From the NCBI GenBank assembly GCA_963842945.1, contig CAWJIM010000023.1, forward strand, positions 96,001 to 160,000: a DNA stretch of 64,000 nucleotides, written 5' to 3'. The notes beneath the pieces were generated by a model. The model had not been told where the DNA came from. It made no database searches and saw only the letters and a list, made by a program, of their open reading frames with translations. Shown piece by piece: positions 63,576-64,000 of this stretch (its first letter is position 1; the number at the start of each line of letters is the position of its first letter). The stretch comes from an uncultured Gemmatimonadales bacterium (GTDB taxonomy: Bacteria > Gemmatimonadota > Gemmatimonadetes > Gemmatimonadales > GWC2-71-9). The position numbers were made by a program, and so were the translations under genes.

Positions 63576-64000
63576 ATGTCATCGGCCGAACAAGTGGCGC
63601 GACTGCGGGAACAGATCGAGCGCGCCAATCACGCCTACTACGTAAACGACGCTCCCGAGATCTCGGACGCCGAATACGACAGGCTCTTCCGCGAGCTCCA
63701 GGCGCTCGAGGCCGAGCATCCCGAGCTACAGAGTCCCGACAGTCCGACGCAGCGGGTCGGCGCAATTGCAAGCACCGCGCTCTCCAAACGTCCGCATCTC
63801 CGTCCCATGCTTTCGCTGGCCAACGCGTTCAGCACCGAGGAGCTGGCGGCGTGGGAGGAGCGAAATGCTCGGCAAGTCTCCGAAGTAAGAACCGGCGGCT
63901 ACACCACCGAGGTGAAGATCGACGGCACCGCGGTGAGCCTCACCTACGAAAGCGGGAAGCTCACGGTAGGGGCCACCAGGGGCAATGGGACAATAGGTGA
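63576..64000 (+). CDS. ligA: NAD-dependent DNA ligase, 3' end outside window
   Basis: Translated by hand: YYVNDAPEISDAEYDRL, SPTQRVG, PMLSLAN, EVKIDG, ATRGNG; TATAAT just upstream. Confidence 0.95.
   Translation, partial: MSSAEQVARLREQIERANHAYYVNDAPEISDAEYDRLFRELQALEAEHPELQSPDSPTQRVGAIASTALSKRPHLRPMLSLANAFSTEELAAWEERNARQVSEVRTGGYTTEVKIDGTAVSLTYESGKLTVGATRGNGTIG

Noticed and set aside
1..64000. Widespread frameshifts as programmed frameshifting or mass pseudogenisation
   Set aside because: Single-base indels are scattered across unrelated genes with intact motifs on both sides and no shared slippery site; most likely sequencing or assembly error.

Overview
High-GC bacterial chromosomal segment. 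The gene content suggests Gemmatimonadota; this is an inference from the Ser/Thr kinase-TPR paralogues, SARP/BTAD regulator, Ig/PKD/RCC1 lipoproteins and CCTGAGCGAAGCGAAGG-type palindromes. Many genes are split by single-base indels, as expected of an unpolished long-read assembly, so split genes are reported across their full span. Contents: an ECF sigma/anti-sigma pair with back-to-back promoters and a cupredoxin fusion; a ModE-porin-TupABC oxyanion uptake cluster; transporters and redox enzymes; surface lipoproteins; a repeat-rich region with duplicated secreted-protein genes; five Ser/Thr kinase-TPR genes with a SARP regulator and a recombination scar; a decayed ECF41 module; ferritin; and the 5' end of ligA. 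The top finding is an outer-membrane beta-barrel gene (42413-43527) with an in-frame TGA just after its signal peptide, followed by a SECIS-like hairpin with G at +23 and U at +24: a candidate selenoprotein. No rRNA, tRNA, CRISPR array or transposase was seen.
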